From contig JBPCRP010000025.1 of NCBI GenBank assembly GCA_050996715.1, positions 8,032 through 72,031 on the forward strand: a stretch of DNA of 64,000 nucleotides, in the 5' to 3' direction. A program made the translations under genes and the position numbers. Below, in pieces: positions 19,064 to 28,612 of this stretch. Source of the stretch: Propionibacteriaceae bacterium. GTDB lineage: Bacteria > Actinomycetota > Actinomycetes > Propionibacteriales > Propionibacteriaceae. Numbering within the stretch: the stretch's first letter is position 1; every line of letters starts with the position of its first letter. Under the pieces are notes generated by a model. That model saw only the letters and a program-made list of their open reading frames with translations, made no database searches and was not told the DNA's origin.

Positions 19064-19128
19064 GAGGTGGGGGGATGGGTTGGGGGGATGGGCGGGGGCG
19101 GATGGGGGGATGGGTGGGGTGGGGCCGC
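19064..19128 (+). repeat. G-tract array (GGGGGGATGGG-type units) flanking family 1 copy A
   Basis: At least 8 runs of G3-6 on the + strand; C-rich on the transcribed minus strand just after the BI-1 stop. Confidence 0.85.
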
Positions 19129-19131
19129 GGG

Positions 19132-19968
19132 TCAGCGGCGCAGGTAGGACAGCAGGCGCAGCATCTCGATGTAGAGCCAGACCATGGTGACGGTCAGTCC
19201 GAACGCACCGCGCCAGGACTCCCTCGCGGGGGCGCCGGCGGCGACGCCCTTTTCGATGTAGTCGAAGTCGAGGATCAGGTTGAGCACACAGAGCACGATC
19301 GCGATCGCGGAGATCCCGACGGCGAGCGGGCTCACCGGGCCGAGCAGGCCGCCGCGGAGGCCGGTGCCGTTGGTGACGAGGACGACGACGAAGTTGATCA
19401 ACATCACCGCAGCAAAGGCGACCGTGGACAAGATGACGATCTTCTGGAACTTTGCGGTCACCCGGATGTTGAAGATCTTGTACGCGGCCAGCGTCACGCC
19501 CGCGGCGACCAGGGTCGCGAACACGGCCTGCACGACGATGCCGGGGTAGATGCTCTCGAAGACGTAGCTGATGATGCCGATGAAGACACCCTCGATCGCG
19601 GCGTAGGCGAGCACGAAGGCCGGGTTGATCACGCGCCGGAGCGAGACGACCAGGACGGCGGCGAAGCCGACCAGGGCCGAGACGATCATCACCGGGGTCT
19701 TGATCGTGTCCGGCACCAGGAACCATCCGACGGCCGCACCGGCGACCAGGATCGCCATGGTCATGATCGTCTTGGTGATCACGTCGTCGAAGGTCATCCG
19801 CCCCTCGGACGGGGAGACCTGCTGCTGGTAGGGGTCGGTTCCGTACGGGCCCTGACCGGAACCCTGGCCGGGGTACGGGGCGAAACCTCGGGCGCCCTGC
19901 TGGCCTCCGCGGCCACCAGGTGTGAACGCGTCCTGCTTGGACAGGATCGGGTTCGAGCTGCGCAACAT
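19132..19968 (-). CDS. Bax inhibitor-1/YccA family membrane protein
   Basis: Gly/Gln/Pro-rich N-terminus followed by 7 hydrophobic helices typical of BI-1/YccA. Start set at the ATG 8 nt after AGGAGGA (19968). Confidence 0.8.
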   Translation of the reverse strand: MLRSSNPILSKQDAFTPGGRGGQQGARGFAPYPGQGSGQGPYGTDPYQQQVSPSEGRMTFDDVITKTIMTMAILVAGAAVGWFLVPDTIKTPVMIVSALVGFAAVLVVSLRRVINPAFVLAYAAIEGVFIGIISYVFESIYPGIVVQAVFATLVAAGVTLAAYKIFNIRVTAKFQKIVILSTVAFAAVMLINFVVVLVTNGTGLRGGLLGPVSPLAVGISAIAIVLCVLNLILDFDYIEKGVAAGAPARESWRGAFGLTVTMVWLYIEMLRLLSYLRR

Positions 19969-20063
19969 GGGCATTTCCTCCTGGGAGTCGTACACCCGAC
20001 CTGGATGTCCGTAGTCCAATCGTACCCAGCCCGCGGGCCCCATCGCTGAGGACGAGCTGTGAG

Positions 20064-20137
20064 TGCCCCCGGTGGGACTCGAACCCACACTGCAGCGGGT
20101 TTAAGCCGCCTGCCTCTGCCGGTTGGGCTACGGGGGC
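20064..20137 (-). tRNA. tRNA with anticodon UAA (Leu/UUA by anticodon), but a 74-nt class I-like fold
   Basis: Hand fold: acceptor GCCCCCG/CGGGGGC, anticodon arm GGCGG-CUUAAAC-CCGCU, 5-nt variable loop, T arm GUGGG-UUCGAGU-CCCAC, A73. Confidence 0.75.
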
Positions 20138-20171
20138 CCGGTCGTGGCGCCGGTCTCGACCGCTCGGAAGG

Positions 20172-21854
20172 CTAGCCGCTCGGGCTGGGCGCCGGGGTGA
20201 CCGTCGCCGCACGATCCCCGAGCCGCGCCTTGGTGCTCGGCGAGAGACCGGCCAGGTCACCGGTGCGGATCCGGTTCTCGATGGTGACCGAGCCGTCGGT
20301 GGCGAACCGGACCGGCTGCACGCCGGTGATCAACCCGGTGGCTGCGTCGGCGTAGAAGAAGTAGCTGTCGGCCCGGTGACGAGGCGGGCTGATCGGGGTG
20401 CTCAACGCGGTCAGGGTCTGCTGCGCGATGCCGCCGGCGGTCCCCATCTGCAGGGCCACCGTCCAGGACCCATCGGCGTGCCACCGGACCTGAGGGCCGA
20501 TCTCGCTGTGCATGTGCCCCCAGGCCAGCAGGTTCACGGGCGGGTCGTCGGCCGCGACGATCGGCGCCGCCGCCCGCGGCTGGTGGACGCTGAGCACGTC
20601 GACACGTCGGTCGGCCGATCGACCGCGGGCGACCGCCAGCAACCGCTCCCCCAGTTCCGCCTCGGTCTCCGGCCGCTGCTGGATGCGGCTGATGCTGAAG
20701 GGGATCTGCAGTTCGGGGTCGTCGTCGCCCAGGAAGCTCACCCCGGCCGCGTCCACGACCTGACCGTCGAGCACGACCGCCCCGGCCCGGGCCAGCTGGG
20801 CGTCGGTGACGTCGGAGTCGTGGTTTCCGGTCGAGTCCAGGAAGGGGATGGTGCTCACGGCCTCGTCGGTGTTCCCCGGACCCGCGACCGGTACGTCACG
20901 ACTCATCGCCACCTCACGGGTGATGCAGCTGCGCTCGACGGCCGACCCGTTGATGGTGTCGTCGCCGGAGCTGAAGATCACCGTCGGCCGGGTCGAGCGC
21001 ACCAGCGTCGTGTAGACCCGGGTCATCGCCTGGCTGCAGTGCAGGTCGCTGAAGCCGAAGATCATCCGCTCCCCGGTGCGGGGGGCCGGCCAGCGGTTGC
21101 GCTGGAGGACCAGGTTGGCCTCTGCCGTGCTGACGTACGCGTCGACCGCGGCGAGCTGACGGTTGGCGAGCAGCCGAGCGCCGGAGATGCCGCGGTTGAG
21201 CACGTCGGCGAGCACCGGGTTGTTCACGGTCAGGCCGGCGACCGCGGTCCCGTCGGCGACGGTGACCGGGTAGCGCAGCTCACCGCCCCGCTCCGGCGGA
21301 GCCAGGCAGGAGCCGACCACCAGGACGACCACGGTGGCGTACGCCAGCAGACCACGACGGGTGCTGGTCTGGCCGAGGGCGTGCGGGGTGAGGAAACCGC
21401 CGCGGACCCGCCAGCAGCCGCCGACGGCGACGAGAACGACCTCGGCGACCACCGCCTTGACGCCGGCAGAGACGGCCAGCTCCTCCCCGACTCCACGCAG
21501 GGTGCCGCCGGGGTCGGCGTAGAGGGTCGCGTAGGCCGCCAGCACCTGGTCGCCGTTCAGCGTGGTGCCGACCCCGTCCTCGGTCCCGAGTCCGCCGACG
21601 TGCACCTCGAGCCCGATGGGGCCGAGGCTCCGCGGCAGCTGGGCGTCACCGAGCGGTCCGAGGTCGACCCGCACCTCGCCGTCGTAGGTGGTGGCGAACC
21701 TCGATCGATGCGGACCGAGGTAGTCGGTGGTGTGCGCCGTTCCGATCCCCCAGGCGACCGCCAGCGGCAGTGCGAGCAGGGCGAGCACCCAGACCAGGCC
21801 GAGCGCGCGCAGCAGTTGCCGCCCGATCGACCGCAACCCGGTTCGCACCGCCAA
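20172..21854 (-). CDS. membrane-anchored metallophosphoesterase
   Basis: N-terminal TM helices; calcineurin-like motifs GDDTING, GNHDSD and WGHMH. The TTG/GTG start is uncertain. Confidence 0.75.
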   Translation of the reverse strand: MAVRTGLRSIGRQLLRALGLVWVLALLALPLAVAWGIGTAHTTDYLGPHRSRFATTYDGEVRVDLGPLGDAQLPRSLGPIGLEVHVGGLGTEDGVGTTLNGDQVLAAYATLYADPGGTLRGVGEELAVSAGVKAVVAEVVLVAVGGCWRVRGGFLTPHALGQTSTRRGLLAYATVVVLVVGSCLAPPERGGELRYPVTVADGTAVAGLTVNNPVLADVLNRGISGARLLANRQLAAVDAYVSTAEANLVLQRNRWPAPRTGERMIFGFSDLHCSQAMTRVYTTLVRSTRPTVIFSSGDDTINGSAVERSCITREVAMSRDVPVAGPGNTDEAVSTIPFLDSTGNHDSDVTDAQLARAGAVVLDGQVVDAAGVSFLGDDDPELQIPFSISRIQQRPETEAELGERLLAVARGRSADRRVDVLSVHQPRAAAPIVAADDPPVNLLAWGHMHSEIGPQVRWHADGSWTVALQMGTAGGIAQQTLTALSTPISPPRHRADSYFFYADAATGLITGVQPVRFATDGSVTIENRIRTGDLAGLSPSTKARLGDRAATVTPAPSPSG

Positions 21855-22509
21855 AGCCTAAAGAACCAGCAGGGCCTGGGGAGCGGTCGCGGCTAACTGG
21901 TCGATCCCTTCCGTCGACGGAAAGGATCGACCACCTCGGGCACGCAGATCCGTCGAGGTCGACCTTCCGGGGGTGGATCGCGTGGGCGCCGAGCACCAGG
22001 TCGATGAAGAGCTGGCCCTGGCAGTGGTCGATCTCGTGCTGCAGGGCGCGGGCCTCGAAGGCGTCGGTGAGGATCTCCACCGTCGTACCGGAACCGGGGA
22101 GCTGGCCCGTCACCCGGACCCGTGAGGCGCGTTTCACGTCACCGGTCAGGTCGGGGACCGACATGCAGCCCTCACGGGCCTTCTCGTTGCGGGAGGAGTC
22201 GGCGAGCACGGCGTTGACCAGCACGATCAGACCGTGGCTCGTGCGGGCCTTGGGGTGTGCGCTGACGTCGACGCAGAACGCCTGGGCCGAGACCCCGACC
22301 TGGGGCGCGGCGAGACCGACGCAGCCCGGCGAGACCCGCATGGTGGCGACGAGGTCGGCGCACAGCGTGAGGGTCGCAGGATCGGTCGGGTCGAGCAGAT
22401 CGCCCACCCGGCCGAGCACCGGGTCCGGGGCCTGGAGCACGGGTCGGACCGCACCCTCGGGCAGGTTGATGTCCGCGAGCCCCGCGCGGTCGGGGAGGGG
22501 CAGGCTCAC
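21646..22509 (-). CDS. def: peptide deformylase with anomalous C-terminal extension (true end uncertain)
   Basis: CVGLAAPQVG, EGCMSVP and QHEIDH motifs. The ORF continues about 125 aa past HEIDH with collapsed GC3 and overlaps the next gene by 209 nt. Confidence 0.7.
   Translation of the reverse strand: MSLPLPDRAGLADINLPEGAVRPVLQAPDPVLGRVGDLLDPTDPATLTLCADLVATMRVSPGCVGLAAPQVGVSAQAFCVDVSAHPKARTSHGLIVLVNAVLADSSRNEKAREGCMSVPDLTGDVKRASRVRVTGQLPGSGTTVEILTDAFEARALQHEIDHCQGQLFIDLVLGAHAIHPRKVDLDGSACPRWSILSVDGRDRPVSRDRSPGPAGSLGFGGANRVAVDRAATAARARPGLGARPARTAAGGRLGDRNGAHHRLPRSASIEVRHHLRRRGAGRPRTAR
21899..21932. other. 34-bp near-perfect palindrome inside the def tail
   Basis: GGTCGATCCCTTCCGTC|GACGGAAAGGATCGACC; 16 of 17 arm positions pair. 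Confidence 0.85.
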
Positions 22510-23030
22510 AGCTCGTCGCGCTCGAGGGGACGCAGGGTGACGTCGACCCCGAGCTCACCCGCCGCGACCTCCAGACCGGCCGCCAGGTCGGCGGGGTCGA
22601 GCTCCGGCGGCAGGTCGACCTCGGCGGCGAGCACGTAGAGCTCACCGCTGATCCGGGTGGTGAGGTCGGTGATGTTGCCACCGTGGTCGGCGACCACGGT
22701 GGTCAGGCGCGAGACGATGCCCAACCGGTCCCCACCGTGCACGGTCAGCAGGTAGGACGGGCCGAACGGGGGCAGCTCCTCCTCCGGTGGGACCTCGCGG
22801 ACCGTGACGTCCAGCCCGTCGTGCCGCAGCTCGGCGAAGTGCTGGGTGACCTGGTCCGCCGTCGCCTCCCCCGCACAGATCAGCGTCATGGCGAAGTGGC
22901 CCCGCAGCAGGGTCATCGAGGAGTCTTCGAGATTCATTTCGGCGGCGGCGAGCGCGGCGGCGGACTGGGCGATGATCCCGGGACGGTCGTGCCCGACCAC
23001 GGTGACGGCGAGGTAGCTCACCTGGGACAT
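22506..23030 (-). CDS. tandem ACT-domain protein (GcvR-like)
   Basis: Two ACT-like halves (VTVVGHDRPGIIA... and LTVHGGDRLGIVS...). Overlaps the def start by 4 nt. Confidence 0.7.
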   Translation of the reverse strand: MSQVSYLAVTVVGHDRPGIIAQSAAALAAAEMNLEDSSMTLLRGHFAMTLICAGEATADQVTQHFAELRHDGLDVTVREVPPEEELPPFGPSYLLTVHGGDRLGIVSRLTTVVADHGGNITDLTTRISGELYVLAAEVDLPPELDPADLAAGLEVAAGELGVDVTLRPLERDEL

Positions 23031-23072
23031 CCTGTCAGCAGCAGCCGGGTCAACGGGAACCGTCGACGACGG

Positions 23073-24038
23073 TCAGGCGCTCAGCCGGCCGGACCGGTGC
23101 TCCTGGGCCCGCAGCAACGCCAGGGCGATGCCGTCGAGGATGTCGGACTCACTGATCAGCCACTGGTCGGTCCCGACCCGGCGCCCGATCCGGTCGGCGA
23201 TGACCGCACCGCCGGTGATCACGTCGGCACGACCGGGGTGCATGGAGGGGAACCGGCGGATCTGCTCGGCGCTCAGCGCACCCAGCCGGTCGAGCAGCCG
23301 GTGCAGGCTCCGGGTGTCGATCACGGCGCCGTGGACCTGCGTCCGGTCGTAGCTGGTCAGGTTGAGGTGGACCGCGGCCAACGTGGTCGCGGTGCCGGCC
23401 ACCCCGACCCAGGTGCGGACGGCACCGAGGTCGATGCCGGCGGACCCGAGAAGCCCGTCGACGTACTGCATCGCCGCGGTGATCTGGTGCAGCCCCGGCG
23501 GGCTCTGGGTGAGGAAGCGCTCGGTGATCCGGACCGAACCCATGTCCAGCGACACCGCATGAACGATGGTGCCGTCGGCGCGACCGACCACGAGCTCGGT
23601 GGAGCCGCCGCCGACGTCCACGACCAGGATCGGGTCCGGGTAGTGCTGGGGGCCGTACGGCAGCTGGCTGAGCGCACCGACGAAGGAGAGCTGGGCCTCG
23701 GTCGCACCGCTGATCACGTCAGGTGCGACCCCGAGCCGGGCCTGCACGCCCGCGAAGAATTCGTCCCGGTTGCGGGCGTCCCGGCTGGCGGAGGTGGCGA
23801 CGAAGTGCAGGTCGGCGGTCCCGACGTCATGGGCGGCGATCACCGCCGCGTACGTCTCGACGGCTTCGAACGTGCGCCGTAGCGCGTCGGGGTGGAACTG
23901 CCCGGTCGCGTCGATGCCCTGGCCGAGCCGGACGATCTCGAGCCGGCGTTCGCGTTCGATCAGGCCGCCGGACCCGTCGGGGTCGGCGATCAGCAGTCGG
24001 ATGGAGTTGGTTCCGCAGTCGATGGCGGCGACAGTCAC
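23073..24038 (-). CDS. ppx: exopolyphosphatase, Ppx/GppA family
   Basis: AAIDCGTNSIRLLIAD and DVGGGSTE actin-fold ATPase motifs. 321 aa. Confidence 0.85.
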   Translation of the reverse strand: MTVAAIDCGTNSIRLLIADPDGSGGLIERERRLEIVRLGQGIDATGQFHPDALRRTFEAVETYAAVIAAHDVGTADLHFVATSASRDARNRDEFFAGVQARLGVAPDVISGATEAQLSFVGALSQLPYGPQHYPDPILVVDVGGGSTELVVGRADGTIVHAVSLDMGSVRITERFLTQSPPGLHQITAAMQYVDGLLGSAGIDLGAVRTWVGVAGTATTLAAVHLNLTSYDRTQVHGAVIDTRSLHRLLDRLGALSAEQIRRFPSMHPGRADVITGGAVIADRIGRRVGTDQWLISESDILDGIALALLRAQEHRSGRLSA

Positions 24039-24640
24039 AAATGGCTCCCAGAAGGTCGGGGCTCGCCGTTGAGACAGGGCTTGTTCCAGTACGGGCCGAT
24101 CAGCGTGACGGCTTCGTCACCGAACGGGTTCACTCCCGGGCCCGCCGCGAGGGCGTGCGCCGCGAGGGCGTGCAGACATTTGACCCGATCAGGCATCCCG
24201 CCCGCACTCACCCCCGAGATCTCGGGCACGTCGTCGAGTCGGGACCGGTCGGTCAGGTACGCCTGATGAGCCGCAGCGTAGCGCTGAGCCAGTTCCGGGT
24301 CGTCGGGGAGGCGGGCCGCCATCTGGGTCATCACCCCGTTCGACTCCAACGTGGAGCACGCCGAGGACGCCCGCGGGCAGGTGAGGTAGTAGGTGGTCGG
24401 GAACGGCGTGCCGTCCGCCAACCGGGGGGCGGTGGCCACCACGTCGGGCTGCCCGCAGGGACAGCGGTGCGCGATCCGGGCGAGGTCGCGGGGGCTGCGA
24501 CCGAGTTGTACGGTGCCCGCGGCGACGTCGGCTGCGGTGACCGCGTCCGCCTGGCTCGGGGTGTCGGCCGGGGCGGTGCTGGACGGCGGGGCGGTGCTGG
24601 ACGGCGGGGCGGCGCCGGACGGCGGGGCGGGGCTGGTCAT
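24035..24640 (-). CDS. DUF501 domain-containing protein
   Basis: CPCGQP...TTYYLTCP...GGMPDRVKCLH pattern and position next to ppx, as in mycobacterial Rv1025/Rv1026. Start set at ATG 24640. Confidence 0.7.
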   Translation of the reverse strand: MTSPAPPSGAAPPSSTAPPSSTAPADTPSQADAVTAADVAAGTVQLGRSPRDLARIAHRCPCGQPDVVATAPRLADGTPFPTTYYLTCPRASSACSTLESNGVMTQMAARLPDDPELAQRYAAAHQAYLTDRSRLDDVPEISGVSAGGMPDRVKCLHALAAHALAAGPGVNPFGDEAVTLIGPYWNKPCLNGEPRPSGSHL

Positions 24641-24667
24641 CACCCCCAGTCTTGCAGCCGGCTCGGG

Positions 24668-24694
24668 ACTCCCCAAACTCCCCAAACTCCCCAT
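24668..24694 (+). repeat. 9-bp tandem repeat ACTCCCCAA x3
   Basis: ACTCCCCAA ACTCCCCAA ACTCCCCAT, directly abutting family 3 copy 1. Confidence 0.9.
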
Positions 24695-24750
24695 TTTGCG
24701 CACAGTGGTCCACCGAAACCGGTTGCTGGGGGCCATTGTGCGCAAAATGG
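24691..24750. repeat. intergenic hairpin repeat, family 3, copy 1
   Basis: CCATTTTGCGCACAGTGG...CCATTGTGCGCAAAATGG. Lies in the divergent DUF501/rbsK region. Confidence 0.85.
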
Positions 24751-24823
24751 CGAAGGAGGCGGGCGGTACGGTGCTGGCTCACGCCGCGCCGGACGACGTC
24801 GGCGCCGGACGAAGGAGTCGGAC

Positions 24824-25747
24824 GTGACCGCACGGGTGATCGTGGTGGGCAGCATCAACGCGGACGTGACGGCGACGGCCAGCCCGCTCCCCCGGCCGGG
24901 CGAGACCCTGGTCGGGGACAGCTTCGATCTCGTGCTCGGCGGCAAGGGCAGCAACCAGGCGGTGGCCGCGGCTCGGGCCGAGGTAGAGACCGTGATGGTG
25001 GGCTGCGTCGGCGCGGACGCCTTCAAGGAGCTGACCCTCGGTGCGCTCGGGGCAGAGGGGATCGACCTGAGCCTGGTCGAGACCGTCGGCGACCGCACCG
25101 GCATCGCCCACATCCGGGTGAACGGTGAGACGGGTCAGAACGACATCGTCATCGTTCCGTTCGCCAACGCCGAGCTCACCCCCGAGCGGGTGGAGCGGCT
25201 GCTGCCTCCGGGCGGCACGGATGCGGACGCGGACACGGTCTTGCTGCTGCAGCTCGAGGTGCCGACGGCGACCACCGTGCGGGCGGCCCAGCTCGGCCGC
25301 GAACGCGGCTGGACCGTGATCCTCGATCCCGCCCCGGCGCTGACGCTGCCCGAGGAGATCTGGGCGCACGTCGACGTGGTCAAGCCCAACGAGACCGAGG
25401 CCGGCATCTTCAGCGGCGTCGAGGTGACCGACCGGGCGAGCGCCGAGCAGGCGGGTCGTTGGTTCGTCGAACGGGGCGTCGAGCACGTGATCATCACCCG
25501 CGGGGCGCAGGGGCTGCTCGAGGTGTCGGCCGACGGTGCGACCGAATGGGAACCGAGGCGGGTGCAGGCGGTCGACAGCACGGCCGCGGGCGACTCGTTC
25601 TCGGGCAACCTGGCCGCGGCCCTGGCCCAGGGACGGCCCTGGGAGGAGTCGGTACGCCGCGCGCGAGCCGCCGGGACGTACGCCGTCACGGTGGCCGGAG
25701 CGAGCCCCAGCATGCCGCGACCGGCCGATTTGGAGCCGTACCTGTGA
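24824..25747 (+). CDS. rbsK: ribokinase (PfkB family)
   Basis: VVGSINADV, LGGKGSNQAVAAAR and DSTAAGDSFSG motifs. GTG 24824 follows AAGGAG. Confidence 0.85.
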   Translation: MTARVIVVGSINADVTATASPLPRPGETLVGDSFDLVLGGKGSNQAVAAARAEVETVMVGCVGADAFKELTLGALGAEGIDLSLVETVGDRTGIAHIRVNGETGQNDIVIVPFANAELTPERVERLLPPGGTDADADTVLLLQLEVPTATTVRAAQLGRERGWTVILDPAPALTLPEEIWAHVDVVKPNETEAGIFSGVEVTDRASAEQAGRWFVERGVEHVIITRGAQGLLEVSADGATEWEPRRVQAVDSTAAGDSFSGNLAAALAQGRPWEESVRRARAAGTYAVTVAGASPSMPRPADLEPYL

Positions 25748-25815
25748 CGCCGACCAGTCACTTCCCGCCGGAACCCCGGCGTGTCGGCGGGAAAAGCTGA
25801 CTGGTCGCGGGGTCA
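25745..25815 (+). repeat. intergenic hairpin repeat, family 2
   Basis: TGACGCCGACCAGTCA-CTTCCCGCCG-GAACCCCGGCGTGT-CGGCGGGAAAAG-CTGACTGGTCGCGGGGTCA. Its ends are the rbsK and ftsB-like stop codons. Confidence 0.9.
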
Positions 25816-26451
25816 GCGGGGCTTGGTGCCGTCTGGGGTGATCACGGGGGGCGTAGTCGGCTGCGGAGCTGGGGCCGGGTCGTCCGCCGCCTGGGCCGAT
25901 CCCCACAGCGTCGCCCACCAGGCCGGCTTGTCCTCGGCGATCTGCGCGCCCTGGGTGTCGATCTCCACGCCGCCGTCGAGCGGCTTCCCGTCCGGGCCGA
26001 TCACCTTGTAGCCGGTCTCCCCCGGGACGACCCAGCCCAGCCGCTGCCGGGCCTGCGCCTTTACGAAGTCGGGGTCGTTCCACTTGGCGAGCTCGCCCTG
26101 CAGGTCAGCGATAGTGGCCTCCTGCGCGACTATCTGCTGTCGGGTCTCGGTGATGTGGGTGCGTTGGCTCACGTAGATCCGCAGGCTCGACGCATACGAA
26201 ATCACCAGCACCATCAGCACCACCCCGAGCGCGATGGCGCGGGTGGTCAGACTGGACCGACGGCGTCCGGCGGCAGCGATGGCGGCGGACGCCGTCGCAT
26301 CGGCCGGGCTCGGGGTCGCCGCGGCCGTAGTAGACCCCCCACCCGGCCCGACCCGTTTCCGGTTCGTCGACGTGGCCCCGGAGCGGGTCGGGGTCCGAGA
26401 GGTGCCCCGACCGGGCCCCGTTCCAGGACGGGACGACGGTCGGCTCGGCAC
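25813..26451 (-). CDS. septum formation initiator family protein (FtsB/DivIC-like)
   Basis: Single TM helix, then a coiled coil and ...WNDPDFVKAQARQRLGWVVPGE. Sits downstream of eno, as Rv1024 does. Confidence 0.8.
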   Translation of the reverse strand: MPSRPSSRPGTGPGRGTSRTPTRSGATSTNRKRVGPGGGSTTAAATPSPADATASAAIAAAGRRRSSLTTRAIALGVVLMVLVISYASSLRIYVSQRTHITETRQQIVAQEATIADLQGELAKWNDPDFVKAQARQRLGWVVPGETGYKVIGPDGKPLDGGVEIDTQGAQIAEDKPAWWATLWGSAQAADDPAPAPQPTTPPVITPDGTKPR

Positions 26452-26460
26452 CCACCCAGG

Positions 26461-27813
<1,353 letters not shown>

Positions 27814-27924
27814 CTAGCGGGGCCCGCTGACCTCACCACCCCCACTCCGGTGTTCCGCCGTTCTGCGCAGGATGACCCCTCGAACCCCCCGGCACGGGGT
27901 CAGCCCGCGCAGACCAGCGGCGGG

Positions 27925-28530
27925 TCAGCGCGTACAGAAGGCCGGTGCCCGACCCACGTTGGCGACGTAGCGGGCCGAGACCCACAGGTCGTCGGTGGTG
28001 AGGTACCAGATCTTGTTCCCGTTGACGGTCTGGCCGTCGAGCTTGCAGACCAGGGACAGCCGCGTGCCCGTGGTGTACGCGCCGTGGGCGTTCGCCCGGG
28101 TGGTCGGGGCCTCCCGGCGCACCAGGATGGCCGTGGTGACGCGCCCGGTCGTCGTCGTGTCGTCTCCGCAGGTCGGCACGGTCGTGGATCCGACGAGATC
28201 GACGTAGGCCGCCGAGACCCACTGGTTCGCAGCCGGCAGCCGGTACCAGATGTTCGACACGTTGCCGTCGTCGGGATCACCCTTGTAGATCACCGATCCG
28301 TCGACCTGGCAGGTGATCGGGAAGACCTTCCCCTTCGCGACCGTGCCCAGGTTCTTTGAGAACGGGGTCGGCAGGCTGCGGGCGATCAGGCCGCCGTTCG
28401 CCGTGGCCCGGCCGTGCGGCTCGGCGGTCTGGGCGGACGCTGGGACGGCGAGGGCAACGCCGGTGGCGGCGACGGTCGCCAGGACGGCGAGACCGGTACG
28501 GACAGCGGTGGGGACAGCGGTGGGGATCAT
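27925..28530 (-). CDS. secreted protein with two SH3b-like repeats
   Basis: Signal peptide MIPTAVP...ASA. Two repeats of the form ARSLPT..G....C...G..V.G...WY....WVSA.YV. AGGAGG lies upstream of ATG 28530. Confidence 0.7.
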   Translation of the reverse strand: MIPTAVPTAVRTGLAVLATVAATGVALAVPASAQTAEPHGRATANGGLIARSLPTPFSKNLGTVAKGKVFPITCQVDGSVIYKGDPDDGNVSNIWYRLPAANQWVSAAYVDLVGSTTVPTCGDDTTTTGRVTTAILVRREAPTTRANAHGAYTTGTRLSLVCKLDGQTVNGNKIWYLTTDDLWVSARYVANVGRAPAFCTR

Positions 28531-28612
28531 CGGTGAACCTCCTGAAAGGAATGGATGTTTCTGATCTGCTACGTGACAACGCGTCACAAGGTGTCTCGTA
28601 GGTGCCGTCCCG

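Noticed and set aside
18963-19131. SAM or other riboswitch in the cbs leader
   Set aside because: The structured element here is family 1 copy A. The same sequence also occurs upstream of rplY and marR, so it is a dispersed repeat rather than a sulfur-metabolism riboswitch.
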